64,000 nt of DNA from Acidimicrobiia bacterium (GTDB lineage: Bacteria; Actinomycetota; Acidimicrobiia; UBA2766), in NCBI GenBank assembly GCA_020850945.1, contig JADZDR010000035.1, positions 152,434-216,433 of the forward strand. Reading direction: 5' to 3'. The translations under genes and the position numbers were made by a program. Below, piece after piece: positions 31,199 to 40,038 of this stretch (positions within the stretch are counted from its first letter, which is position 1; every line of letters begins with the position of its first letter). The notes beneath the pieces were generated by a model that was given only the letters and a program-made list of their open reading frames with translations, was not told the DNA's origin and searched no databases.

Positions 31199-31657
31199 TC
31201 AGGGGTGGCTGCCGCGACGGATCGCGGCGAGTGCCTCCGCCTGGTGGCGGGCGGCACGGATCTGAGAGTCGAACACGTGGCGCACGATCCCGTCCGGGTC
31301 GATCACGTAGGTGACGCGCCCGTCGAGGAGTCCCAGCGTCCGTGGGACCCCGTACAGTCCGCGCAGCGCTCCTGTCGCGTCGCTCACGAGGGTGAACGGC
31401 AGATCGTGCCTGGCCGCGAACTCCGCGTGTGAGGCGATGCTGTCACGGCTCACACCGATCACGACGGCACCCGCCTCGGCGAAGTGCTCGTGTGAATCGC
31501 GGAACGAACACGCCTCGCGTGTGCAGCCGGGTGTGCCGTCCTTCGGATAGAAGTAGAGGACGACCCACTTGCCCCGCATGTCGGCGAGGGTCACGTCGTC
31601 GCCTCGCTGGTCGGGCAGGGTGAAGTCGGGGGCCGGGTCGCCCGGCGCGACAGGCAT
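31199..31657 (-). CDS. bcp: peroxiredoxin, Bcp-type (thioredoxin-dependent thiol peroxidase)
   Basis: Start at MPVAPGDPAPDF. Peroxidatic Cys motif FYPKDGTPGCTREAC. Confidence 0.8.
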   Translation of the reverse strand: MPVAPGDPAPDFTLPDQRGDDVTLADMRGKWVVLYFYPKDGTPGCTREACSFRDSHEHFAEAGAVVIGVSRDSIASHAEFAARHDLPFTLVSDATGALRGLYGVPRTLGLLDGRVTYVIDPDGIVRHVFDSQIRAARHQAEALAAIRRGSHP

Positions 31658-31665
31658 GCAGGTCC

Positions 31666-32919
31666 TTGAGTGGGGGCGTGGCGGTGGGAAGACTTGCAGT
31701 CCCGACGGGTACGCGCAAGGCAGAGGGGCACGTGGACAGTACGAGTGGACGATACGAGGCGATCCGCGCCGCACTCGACGCGCGGGCGCGTGGGCTCACA
31801 TCGATAGAGCAGATCGACCTCGTCGAGGACGGCGTGAACGGGATCGTCCGCCTCAAGGCCGAGGCACGGGCAGCGGACAGCGGCGTGCGCTGGTGCGTGG
31901 CGTCGCGTCTCGGCGAGGTCAACCCCGCGTTCCATGCGCGGGACACGGAGTTGCTCGAGCTCGCCCTGTCCGACATCGACCGCGCGGTGCGCCAGGAGGC
32001 GATCACCGTGCTCGCCCTCCTCTGTCCCGATCTTCCGGCGCGCATCGTGGGACGGATCATCGACCGTGTGCTCTGTGACGACGCATCCGTCGTGCACGAG
32101 GACGGCCGCACACTCCTCGCCGTGCTCTCCGTCACGCGGAACGCGGACGCGGTGACAGACGAGTTGCTCACCGAGCTCACCGACCCCGATCCCTACAGGC
32201 GTGCCGGCATCGAGCTCCGCCTCAAGGCGCTGGCCCACTTCGACGGGACCAGAGCGGCGAAGGTCATCGCTGTCGGTCTCCGGGATCCGGACGACGACGT
32301 GCGTTTCGCCGTCGCCCGCACCCTGCCCCTCGCTCCCTGGGGGACGATCGAGCCCCTCGTGGGAGCCGCCCTCGAAGACCCCGACCTCGGTGTGCGACGC
32401 TGTGCCTTCGAGGCCCTCCTCGAGGAGCACGTGCGTCGTGAACCCCGCCACACGGTCGCCTCGGTGTGGGGGGCACTCGACACGGGTGACGACACGTCAC
32501 GCATGATCGCGGCCTGGGCTCTCCCCGTGCTCACCGTGCATGCGCCCGCCCAGATCGCGGCGATGTACGAGGCCGCTCTCGGGGACCGCGACGCGCGGGT
32601 GGTGGCGGCGGCGACGAGTGGCCTGCGGGCGACCGTGCGCCGGCGGCCCGCCGCCGTGAAACCGCTCATCCGGGCAGCGCTCGCCGACGAGACCGCCTTT
32701 CGTGTCAGGACGTTCGACGTCGCCCTCGGTCTCGTCGCGGATCTGCACGCGTCTCTCGGCCCCGCCCTGTTCGCCCTGTGTGCGACACGGCCCTCACATC
32801 GGCTCGACATCCTCGTCGAGGCAGGACGGCGGCTCGCCTGGGCCGTCGACAACTGCCCGCGGGTGCGCTCCCTCGCTGATCGACTTCACATGGAGGCATG
32901 CGCCGCCGCGGCGGTGTGA
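31666..32919 (+). CDS. HEAT-repeat (PBS-lyase type) protein
   Basis: Multiple repeats of the form DPDDDVRFAVARTL, DPDLGVRRCAFEAL and DRDARVVAAATSGL. The start is uncertain (31666-31735). Confidence 0.55.
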   Translation: MSGGVAVGRLAVPTGTRKAEGHVDSTSGRYEAIRAALDARARGLTSIEQIDLVEDGVNGIVRLKAEARAADSGVRWCVASRLGEVNPAFHARDTELLELALSDIDRAVRQEAITVLALLCPDLPARIVGRIIDRVLCDDASVVHEDGRTLLAVLSVTRNADAVTDELLTELTDPDPYRRAGIELRLKALAHFDGTRAAKVIAVGLRDPDDDVRFAVARTLPLAPWGTIEPLVGAALEDPDLGVRRCAFEALLEEHVRREPRHTVASVWGALDTGDDTSRMIAAWALPVLTVHAPAQIAAMYEAALGDRDARVVAAATSGLRATVRRRPAAVKPLIRAALADETAFRVRTFDVALGLVADLHASLGPALFALCATRPSHRLDILVEAGRRLAWAVDNCPRVRSLADRLHMEACAAAAV

Positions 32920-32930
32920 TCCTCTCCGCC

Positions 32931-34049
32931 TCAGGCAGGTGCAGCCGCCATGCGCTCACCGATCGTGGCGAGGTGCGGAGCCGCCGATCCGAGGGTGAGC
33001 TCGAGCGTCTTCGCCCAGAGGTAGTAGCGGTGCAGTGGATAGTCCACGTCGACGCCGATTCCGCCGTGCAGGTGGATGGCCGCCCGCGTCACCCGGTAGG
33101 CGGCGTCGGCCGCCCAGAACTTCGCGATGTCGAGCTCGTCGGACACGTCACGACCCTCGGAAAGGCGCCACATCACCTGCCAAGTCGTGAGGCGCATCGC
33201 CGTCACGTCCACGTACGCGTCGGCGATGCGTGTGTGCACAGCCTGGAAGCTCCCGATCGGCACGTCGAACTGGTGGCGTTCCCGCGTGTAGTCGGCGGCC
33301 ATGTGGAGCGCGCGATCGGCGACACCCACCGACATGGCACAGACGAGAGTCTTCGCGCGATCCGCGAGCCACTTCACGGGATCCGGATCCGTGCCGACCG
33401 CGACGACGTCGTCGGCCGCGACCTCGAGATCGTCCAGCGCGACGAGGTACTGCGGTTCCAGGTTCGAGACCTCGAGAGGTGTGAGCTGCACACGGTCCGA
33501 TGCGGGATCGACGAGGAAGAGCCCGCCTGCGCCGTCATCGGTAGATGCGCTCACGAGGATCCGGTCGGCTGCGGCTGCGTAGGGGACACAGATCTTGCTG
33601 CCTGCGAGGATCCAGTCCGCCCCGTCGGGTCGTGCGGTCGTCGCCGGGTGCTCGGGTGCGACTCCGTCGGCTTCGTCGAGGGCAGCCGTGACGATGCTGC
33701 GGCCTGCCACGACGTCGGGCACGAGACGTGCCGCGGCTCCTTCGGGGGCGAGCTCGGACAGGGCGAGGAGAGCCGCGAACACGGGGAGGGCAGGGATGCG
33801 CGGCACCGTCCAACCGACCTGCTCGCAGACGAGGCAGAGCTCTGTCAGGTCGAGCCCGAGGCCGCCGAGCGCCTCGGGGGCCGCTGTGCCGAGCAGGTTC
33901 GCCTCGGCGAGCTTCTGCCAGAGGTCACGGTCGAAGCGGTCCGGGGATGCCTCGATCTCCTTGAGCCGGTCGTGGCCGGTGTGGTCCAGGAGGATGCGCC
34001 GGGCGAGGTCCTTGAGCTCCTGCTGTTCGTCGGTGAGGGCGAAGTCCAT
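32931..34049 (-). CDS. acyl-CoA dehydrogenase family protein
   Basis: ACAD C-terminal motifs (IHLHGGIGVDVDYPLHRYY). Confidence 0.75.
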   Translation of the reverse strand: MDFALTDEQQELKDLARRILLDHTGHDRLKEIEASPDRFDRDLWQKLAEANLLGTAAPEALGGLGLDLTELCLVCEQVGWTVPRIPALPVFAALLALSELAPEGAAARLVPDVVAGRSIVTAALDEADGVAPEHPATTARPDGADWILAGSKICVPYAAAADRILVSASTDDGAGGLFLVDPASDRVQLTPLEVSNLEPQYLVALDDLEVAADDVVAVGTDPDPVKWLADRAKTLVCAMSVGVADRALHMAADYTRERHQFDVPIGSFQAVHTRIADAYVDVTAMRLTTWQVMWRLSEGRDVSDELDIAKFWAADAAYRVTRAAIHLHGGIGVDVDYPLHRYYLWAKTLELTLGSAAPHLATIGERMAAAPA

Positions 34050-34067
34050 CTCGTTGTCGTCCCCTTC

Positions 34068-35246
34068 TCACTTGTAGTGGGGCAGGCCGAGGCCCGCCAT
34101 CGCGATGATGTCCCGCTGCACCTCGTTCGTACCGCCGCCGAAGGTCAGGATCAGCGACGTGCAGTAACGCGCTTCGAGCTCTCCCCGCAGCAGGGCGAGA
34201 TCGGATCCCTCCTTCACGAGGCCCTGCGGGCCGACGATCTCGAGGAGGAGCTGGTAGTGATCGAGTCCGTACTCGGAGGCGAACACCTTCACGGCGGACG
34301 CCTCCTGCATGGACAGGGTGCCGTTCGTCATGGACCAGGCGAGCTTCCAGTTCATGAGCTTCACCGCTTCGACCTTCGCCCGCGCCCGGGCGAGGTTGAG
34401 TTGCACCCACGGCTGGTCGATGACCCGCCGCCCGTCCGGAAGCTCGGTACGGCACGCCCACTGGCGGACTTCCTCGAGGAGGCGCAGGGGCGGTCCCGAC
34501 GGGGTGAGGTTCACCCGTTCGTGGTTGAGCTGGCTCACAATGAGCTTCCAGCCGTTGTTCTCGCCGCCGATGAGGGAGTCCGCCGGCACGCGGACGTCCT
34601 CGTAGTAGGTGGCGTTCGTGCGGATCCCGCCGACGGTCATGATCGGTGTGAGGGACACGCCCGGCGAGTCCATGGGCACGATGAACATCGAGAGGCCCTG
34701 GTGCTTCGGGGCGTCAGGGTCGGTGCGGGCGGCGAGCCAGACGTACTGGGCGAAGTTGGCGAGGGACGTGAAGACCTTCTGGCCGTTGATGATCCATTCG
34801 TCGCCGTCCCGCACGGCGCGGGTACGGAGGGATGCGAGATCCGTGCCCGCCTCCGGCTCGGAGTAGCCGATGCAGAAGTTGATCTCGCCGGCGAGGACCC
34901 TCGTCAGGTACTCCTTCTTCTGCGCGTCGGTGCCGTACTTGTAGATCGTCGGCCCGACCGTGCCGATCGTGAGGAAGGGGAACGGGAAGTTCGCGGTCTG
35001 GCAGGCGTCGGCGAAGATCATCTGTTCGATCGGCGACCGACCCTGGCCCCCGAACTCCTCGGGCCAGCCGATCCCGAGCCAACCGTCGCGGCCCATCTTG
35101 TGCAGGGCTTCCCAGTAGAGAGGCCCACCGCCTTCGATGAAGCCGGCCCGCTGCTCCGCCCGGAACTCGGGCGTGCAGACGTCTTCGAAGTAGCCGGTGA
35201 GGTCGTCCTGGAGCGCCTTCTGCTCCGGTGTGAAGTCGAGGTACAT
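34068..35246 (-). CDS. acyl-CoA dehydrogenase family protein
   Basis: ACAD three-domain layout with YSEPEAGTDLASL and a C-terminal FGGGTNEVQRDIIA. Confidence 0.85.
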   Translation of the reverse strand: MYLDFTPEQKALQDDLTGYFEDVCTPEFRAEQRAGFIEGGGPLYWEALHKMGRDGWLGIGWPEEFGGQGRSPIEQMIFADACQTANFPFPFLTIGTVGPTIYKYGTDAQKKEYLTRVLAGEINFCIGYSEPEAGTDLASLRTRAVRDGDEWIINGQKVFTSLANFAQYVWLAARTDPDAPKHQGLSMFIVPMDSPGVSLTPIMTVGGIRTNATYYEDVRVPADSLIGGENNGWKLIVSQLNHERVNLTPSGPPLRLLEEVRQWACRTELPDGRRVIDQPWVQLNLARARAKVEAVKLMNWKLAWSMTNGTLSMQEASAVKVFASEYGLDHYQLLLEIVGPQGLVKEGSDLALLRGELEARYCTSLILTFGGGTNEVQRDIIAMAGLGLPHYK

Positions 35247-35374
35247 GCAGCCTTCCCTTGCGTCTCCGGGGCATGTGGAGAGGATTCTCCCGCATTGCTA
35301 GAACAGGTTCCAATCCGGCGCGTGCGGGCGCGGTAGGGTCGCCGCATCCGTGCAGGTGCGACAGAGGAGGCGCA

Positions 35375-35938
35375 GTGGCGGCCACACCATCGAGGATGCT
35401 CGCACTCGGCACGCGGGCTCCCGCCTTCGAGCTCGCCGAGCCGCGGACCGGTCGTCACGTGCGCAGCGACGACCTCTCCGGTCCCCTGCTCGTCATGTTC
35501 ATCTGCAACCACTGCCCGTACGTCCAGCACGTGCGGGCGGAGCTCGCCCGCATCGGCGTCGACTACGGCACCAGGGTGAGTGTCGTCGGGATCATGAGCA
35601 ACGACGTCGACCATTACCCGGACGACCACCCCGACAGGATGGTCGAGGAGGCCGAGACGTACGGGTACACCTTTCCCTATCTCTACGACGAGGCGCAGGA
35701 TGTCGCGAAGGCATTCGGTGCGGCCTGCACGCCCGACTTCTTCCTCTTCGACGCAGACCGCTCTCTCGTCTACCGGGGTCAGCTCGACGAATCGCGCCCC
35801 TCCAACGGCATCCCCGTCACCGGTGAGGACCTGCGCCGCGCGCTCGACGCCGTGGTGGCGGGAGGGGAGGTCCCCGTCGATCAGCAGCCGTCCCTCGGCT
35901 GCAGCATCAAGTGGCGTCCCGGCAACGAACCGGTCTGA
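35375..35938 (+). CDS. thioredoxin-fold protein with CNHC active site
   Basis: A GTG at 35375 is 4 nt after AGGAGG. Motif FICNHCPYV (CxxC). Confidence 0.7.
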   Translation: MAATPSRMLALGTRAPAFELAEPRTGRHVRSDDLSGPLLVMFICNHCPYVQHVRAELARIGVDYGTRVSVVGIMSNDVDHYPDDHPDRMVEEAETYGYTFPYLYDEAQDVAKAFGAACTPDFFLFDADRSLVYRGQLDESRPSNGIPVTGEDLRRALDAVVAGGEVPVDQQPSLGCSIKWRPGNEPV

Positions 35939-36036
35939 GGTGGACGGGGACGGGCTTGGGGGTCGAGTCCACCGGCACGGGGCGACATCGTGACTTAACA
36001 TGTCTCGACGGCCGAACGACGACCAGGGGGTAACTG

Positions 36037-36933
36037 ATGCGCTCGACCAGACCGAGGAGTTGGAGCCTGCGGATCGTGCCTCTCGCGCTCGGGATCGCGG
36101 CCGTCTTGATCGTGGCCTGCGGTGAGTCGACGACGTCGTCGACCCCGACGACGAAGGGGGCGGCAGAGGGGGACGAGGCATCGACGCTCACGATCGACGC
36201 TGCCGACTTCACCTTCGACCTCCCCGAGACCTTCACACCCGGTTGGACGACCATCACGCTCGAGAACTCCGGTGAGGAGCCGCATCAGGCGAACATCCTC
36301 AAGATGAACGACGGTGTCACCAAGGAGCAGATCGAGGCAGCGCTCGCGGACGAGACGGGTGCTGCCCTCCTCTCTCTCGTCACCCCCGTGGGTGGCCCGA
36401 ACAACGTGGTGTCCGGCGAGTCCCAGAGCGTGGTCGTGAACCTGACCGAAGGTGACTACGTCCTCTTGTGCTTCACCGCCGGGTCCGACGGCGTTCCCCA
36501 CATCGCCAAGGGGATGGTCGGCTACATGACCGTGACCGGCGAGAAGCGTGACACGGAGCCACCCGCGAGCGACGGGACCATAACCATGTCGGACTTCGAG
36601 TTCGAGCTGCCCCACGACTTCGCCGGGAAAGGAACGTTCGAGGTGAAGAACGACGGCCCCCAGGTCCACGAGCTCACGCTCGTGAAGCTCGAGTCCGGCA
36701 AGACGATGCAGGACGTCGAGGCGTTCCTCGGCACTCCGCCCGGGACCGCTCCGTCAGGACCGCCGCCGTTCACGGATGCAGGTGGTATCTCCGCCATGGC
36801 AGCCGACGAGACCGCCTATGTGGACCTCGACCTCGATTCGGGCGACTACGTCGCCATCTGCTTCGTCCCGGACAGCACGTCGGGTCAGCCCCACTTCGCA
36901 GAGGGGATGATCCACGAGTTCACGGTGGAATAG
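36037..36933 (+). CDS. lipoprotein with two tandem cupredoxin-like (putative type-1 copper) domains
   Basis: Lipobox LIVACG. The two halves align (GDYVLLCFTAGSDGVPHIAKGM vs GDYVAICFVPDSTSGQPHFAEGM). Each half has an upstream His, giving four ligands in H...C...H...M order. Confidence 0.6.
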   Translation: MRSTRPRSWSLRIVPLALGIAAVLIVACGESTTSSTPTTKGAAEGDEASTLTIDAADFTFDLPETFTPGWTTITLENSGEEPHQANILKMNDGVTKEQIEAALADETGAALLSLVTPVGGPNNVVSGESQSVVVNLTEGDYVLLCFTAGSDGVPHIAKGMVGYMTVTGEKRDTEPPASDGTITMSDFEFELPHDFAGKGTFEVKNDGPQVHELTLVKLESGKTMQDVEAFLGTPPGTAPSGPPPFTDAGGISAMAADETAYVDLDLDSGDYVAICFVPDSTSGQPHFAEGMIHEFTVE

Positions 36934-36988
36934 GAAGCCGTCCCCCGGCTGCGCGGCGGGTGGCTCAGGCCCTCGTCCGTCATCACAG

Positions 36989-37783
36989 TCACCGGAAGGG
37001 CGAGAAGTCGGGAGGCCGTTTCTCGTTGAACGCGGCGTTGCCCTCTGCCGCCTCGGGCGTGAGCTCGAACATGTCGAGGGCGGCGAAGGCCATCTGGCCG
37101 ATACCGGCGATCGCCTCGCTGTCGGCGTTGAAGCTGTGCTTGAGGACGCGCAGGGCGGTCGGGCTCTTCTCGAGCATCTCGTCCGCCCAGCGTCGTACGG
37201 CGGGCCGCAACTCCGCTTGCGGGACCACGCTGTTCACGAGGCCCCACTCCCGCATGGTGGCCGCGTCGTACTGGTGGCACAGGTACCAGATCTCACGCGC
37301 CCGCTTCTCGCCCACGATGCGGGCGAGGTAGGCGCTGCCGAAACCGGCGTCGAAGGAGCCGACTCTGGGGCCTGCCTGCCCGAACTTGGCGTGGTCGACG
37401 GCGATCGTGAGGTCGCAGAGCACGTGCAGGACGTGTCCACCACCGATGGCGACACCGTTCACGGCGGCGATGACCGGTTTCGGGATCGCCCGTATGAGCC
37501 GGTGCAGGGCCTCGATCTCGAACACGCCGGATTCGCTCGGCCCGTAGTCCCCCGTCTCGCTGCGCTGCTTCTGGTCGCCGCCGGCGCAGAAGGCCTTGTC
37601 GCCGCTACCCGTGAGACAGACGACACCCACGTCCGAGCTCCCCCAAGCCGCACGGAAGCAGAGGACGAGCTCGTCGATCGTTCTCGCCCGGAACGCGTTG
37701 TAGCGGTCGGGACGGTCGATCGTGATCCACGCGAGTCCGTCTTCGACTTCGTAGCGCACGTCGGTGAGGCCGTTCGGATCCAT
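36989..37783 (-). CDS. menB: 1,4-dihydroxy-2-naphthoyl-CoA synthase
   Basis: Motifs ITIDRPDRYNAF, GSGDKAFCAGGDQK, VNGVAIGGGHVLHVLCDLTIA, GPRVGSFDAGFGSAYLARIVG and a C-terminal NEKRPPDFS are MenB-specific within the crotonase fold. Confidence 0.8.
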   Translation of the reverse strand: MDPNGLTDVRYEVEDGLAWITIDRPDRYNAFRARTIDELVLCFRAAWGSSDVGVVCLTGSGDKAFCAGGDQKQRSETGDYGPSESGVFEIEALHRLIRAIPKPVIAAVNGVAIGGGHVLHVLCDLTIAVDHAKFGQAGPRVGSFDAGFGSAYLARIVGEKRAREIWYLCHQYDAATMREWGLVNSVVPQAELRPAVRRWADEMLEKSPTALRVLKHSFNADSEAIAGIGQMAFAALDMFELTPEAAEGNAAFNEKRPPDFSPFR

Positions 37784-37806
37784 GGCGAGGAGGGTAGGGT
37801 GCGCGG

Positions 37807-38523
37807 GTGGACATCGAGGAGCTGTACGCAGACGTCGCGCGACCCGCGCCACCGAACCGTCCCTGGCTTGCGCTCAACATGGTCGCGAGCATGGACGGGG
37901 CGACGTCACTCGCGGGCCGCAGCGGGGGTCTCGGCAGCCCCGAGGACCGGTCGATCTTCCACGTGCTGCGTGGTGCGGCCGACGCCGTCATGGTGGGGGC
38001 GGGCACGGCACGGGTGGAGGAGTACGGACCGGTACGTGTGACAGGCGACATCCGGGAGGCGCGTACCCGCCGGGGGCAGCTCCCGACACCACGGCTCGTG
38101 ATCCTCACCCGCAGCGTCGGGCTCGACCCGTCGAGCCCGATGTTCACCGACGCCGACCCGTCGAGCCCCACGACGGTCGTAGCCCCTGCCGATGCCGACG
38201 CGGATCGGCTCGCGGCCGTTGCCCGTGTGGGCGAGGTCGTGACCGCAGGCACAGGTGGCGCGGACGTCCCTGCCGCCTTGGGCGAGTTGCGCAGCAGGGG
38301 GGTGGAGTTCGTGCTGTGCGAGGGTGGCCCGAGCCTCAACGCCGATCTTGCCACGCTCGGTTGCGTCGACGAGGTGAACCTCACCCTCGCGCCCCTCGCC
38401 CTCGGCGGGACGGCCAAGAGGATCTTTGCACATGCCGACCTCGTTCAGCCCTTGGAGTTCGAGCTCGCCCACTCCTTCGCCGCCGCCAACCACGTGTTCC
38501 TCAGGTACGTGCGCAGGGGCTGA
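37807..38523 (+). CDS. dihydrofolate reductase-like / RibD C-terminal domain family reductase
   Basis: Motif LALNMVASMDGATS, which is RibD_C/DHFR-like. GTG start, 24 bp from the divergent menB start. Confidence 0.65.
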   Translation: MDIEELYADVARPAPPNRPWLALNMVASMDGATSLAGRSGGLGSPEDRSIFHVLRGAADAVMVGAGTARVEEYGPVRVTGDIREARTRRGQLPTPRLVILTRSVGLDPSSPMFTDADPSSPTTVVAPADADADRLAAVARVGEVVTAGTGGADVPAALGELRSRGVEFVLCEGGPSLNADLATLGCVDEVNLTLAPLALGGTAKRIFAHADLVQPLEFELAHSFAAANHVFLRYVRRG

Positions 38524-38548
38524 GGCACCGCAGCGTACGGACGGCTCG

Positions 38549-39964
38549 TCAGGTGCCGTGGGGGAGGCAGACACAGAAGGTGGTCGGCTCGGCGCTGGCG
38601 AGCCGGATCGATCCGCCCATCGCCTCGACGAGCTGGCGGGTCGCGTGGAGGCCGAGGCCGAAACCGTTCGAGGACGGCACGCGCCGTTCGAACGCCTCCT
38701 CGACACGGTCCTTGTCCACGCGCCCCGCGTCCTCGATCGTGATGCGAAGGCCTGCCCCGTCAGGTGTGAGGGCGACCCGGATCGGGGGTGTGCCGTGCGC
38801 GGCGGCGTTCTCGAGCAGGTTCGTGACAACGCGGTCGAAGGCCTCGGGATCACCCATGGCCACGACACCGCGTGATGCCGCGATGCGCACGCCCTCGATC
38901 GAGCTGTGCGTGACGATGTCGTGCACGCGTGTCCCGATGTCGAAGGGGCGGGTGTCCAGCTCGTGCCCACCCTCCACGAGGTCGAGCTCGAGGAGGTTCT
39001 CCGTGAGGTTCCCGACCTGCTTGGCGGCCCGCAGGATCGTCTCGAGGGCACGCCGGCGCGTGTCCGAGTCGAGCTCGCCGTCCGCGCGCAGCAGCGTGTT
39101 CGCCCATCCCGACATGAGCGTGAGGGGGGAGCGGATGTCGTGCATGAGTCCCCGCAGGAACTCGCGCCGTTCCCGTTCCGCCTGGGCCTGGTCCGACGTG
39201 TCGAGGAGCATGACATGCACGCGGTCCTCGACGACACGCATGCCGAGGCGCAGGATGCGTTTTTCGTCGCCCAACCCCGACTCGATCTGGCCCCACGCCT
39301 CACCACGCTGGAGGGCGGCCTCGAACAGCTCGTAGAAGCCGGTGTCACCGACGATCTCGTTCCAGCAGCGGCCGAGCACCATCTCGGCGTGCACGTCCAG
39401 GAGACGGCCGAACGTCGGGTTCGCGTAGAGGATACGGCCGCCGAGATCGGACATGGCGAGTCCGGTCTGCAGGGATCCGGCGACTGCGCAGGACATGGGG
39501 TCGGCCTCGCCCCGCAGGGCGATGATCTCTTCGGTGTAACCGACTATGTACTCGCTGACGAGGTCGTCGCTCGCGTGGATCATGCCGCGGAAGAGGTCGA
39601 GCTTCGTGTCGGCGTCGACGCTGTCACCGAGCTCGTCGAGGATCTGTTCGAGGACCGAGGTGCGCCCGGAAGACGTGACCTGCACGAAGCCGGCGATGTC
39701 GCCGCCCTCACGTGCGCGGTCGCCGCCGAAGCGGCGCAGGGCCGTGGCGAAACGGCCGAGCGCACCCGGCTCCCCCACGAGCTCGAGGAAGTACCCCTGG
39801 ACGAGGAGGGGCAGGATCTCGCCGACGAGTCCCAGCGACGCGGAAGTCAGGCCGGGGGGGAGATCTTCGGGGCGCGTCGAGTCGAGGCGGGCGGCAACAC
39901 GTTCGGCTGCTGCCGCGCACATGTCGCTGAGGGTGTCGAGGTCCAGGCCGCCGCGGTGGTGCAA
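38549..39964 (-). CDS. cytoplasmic PAS-domain sensor histidine kinase (no cognate response regulator adjacent)
   Basis: H-box LMHDIRSPLTL, HATPase N/G boxes LLENAAAHG and GFGLGLHATRQLV. No predicted TM helix. Confidence 0.8.
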   Translation of the reverse strand: MHHRGGLDLDTLSDMCAAAAERVAARLDSTRPEDLPPGLTSASLGLVGEILPLLVQGYFLELVGEPGALGRFATALRRFGGDRAREGGDIAGFVQVTSSGRTSVLEQILDELGDSVDADTKLDLFRGMIHASDDLVSEYIVGYTEEIIALRGEADPMSCAVAGSLQTGLAMSDLGGRILYANPTFGRLLDVHAEMVLGRCWNEIVGDTGFYELFEAALQRGEAWGQIESGLGDEKRILRLGMRVVEDRVHVMLLDTSDQAQAERERREFLRGLMHDIRSPLTLMSGWANTLLRADGELDSDTRRRALETILRAAKQVGNLTENLLELDLVEGGHELDTRPFDIGTRVHDIVTHSSIEGVRIAASRGVVAMGDPEAFDRVVTNLLENAAAHGTPPIRVALTPDGAGLRITIEDAGRVDKDRVEEAFERRVPSSNGFGLGLHATRQLVEAMGGSIRLASAEPTTFCVCLPHGT

Positions 39965-40038
39965 TTCGGTTCCTGCGTAGTTCCCGCGAAGGTGCCAATC
40001 TAGCCCCGGATGCAGCCTTTTGCATCAGCGGGCCACGG

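Noticed and set aside
35939-36036. Inverted repeat GGTGGAC...GTCCACC after the thioredoxin-fold gene, as a possible terminator
   Set aside because: The stem is short and interrupted, with no U-tract, so it is too weak to call.
36989-37852. Extended N-terminus of menB (start at 37852, MARVARRLRTAPRCPP...)
   Set aside because: MenB family proteins begin near MDPNGLTDVRYEV. The upstream 23 codons are Arg/Pro-rich and would overlap the divergent neighbour's start region.
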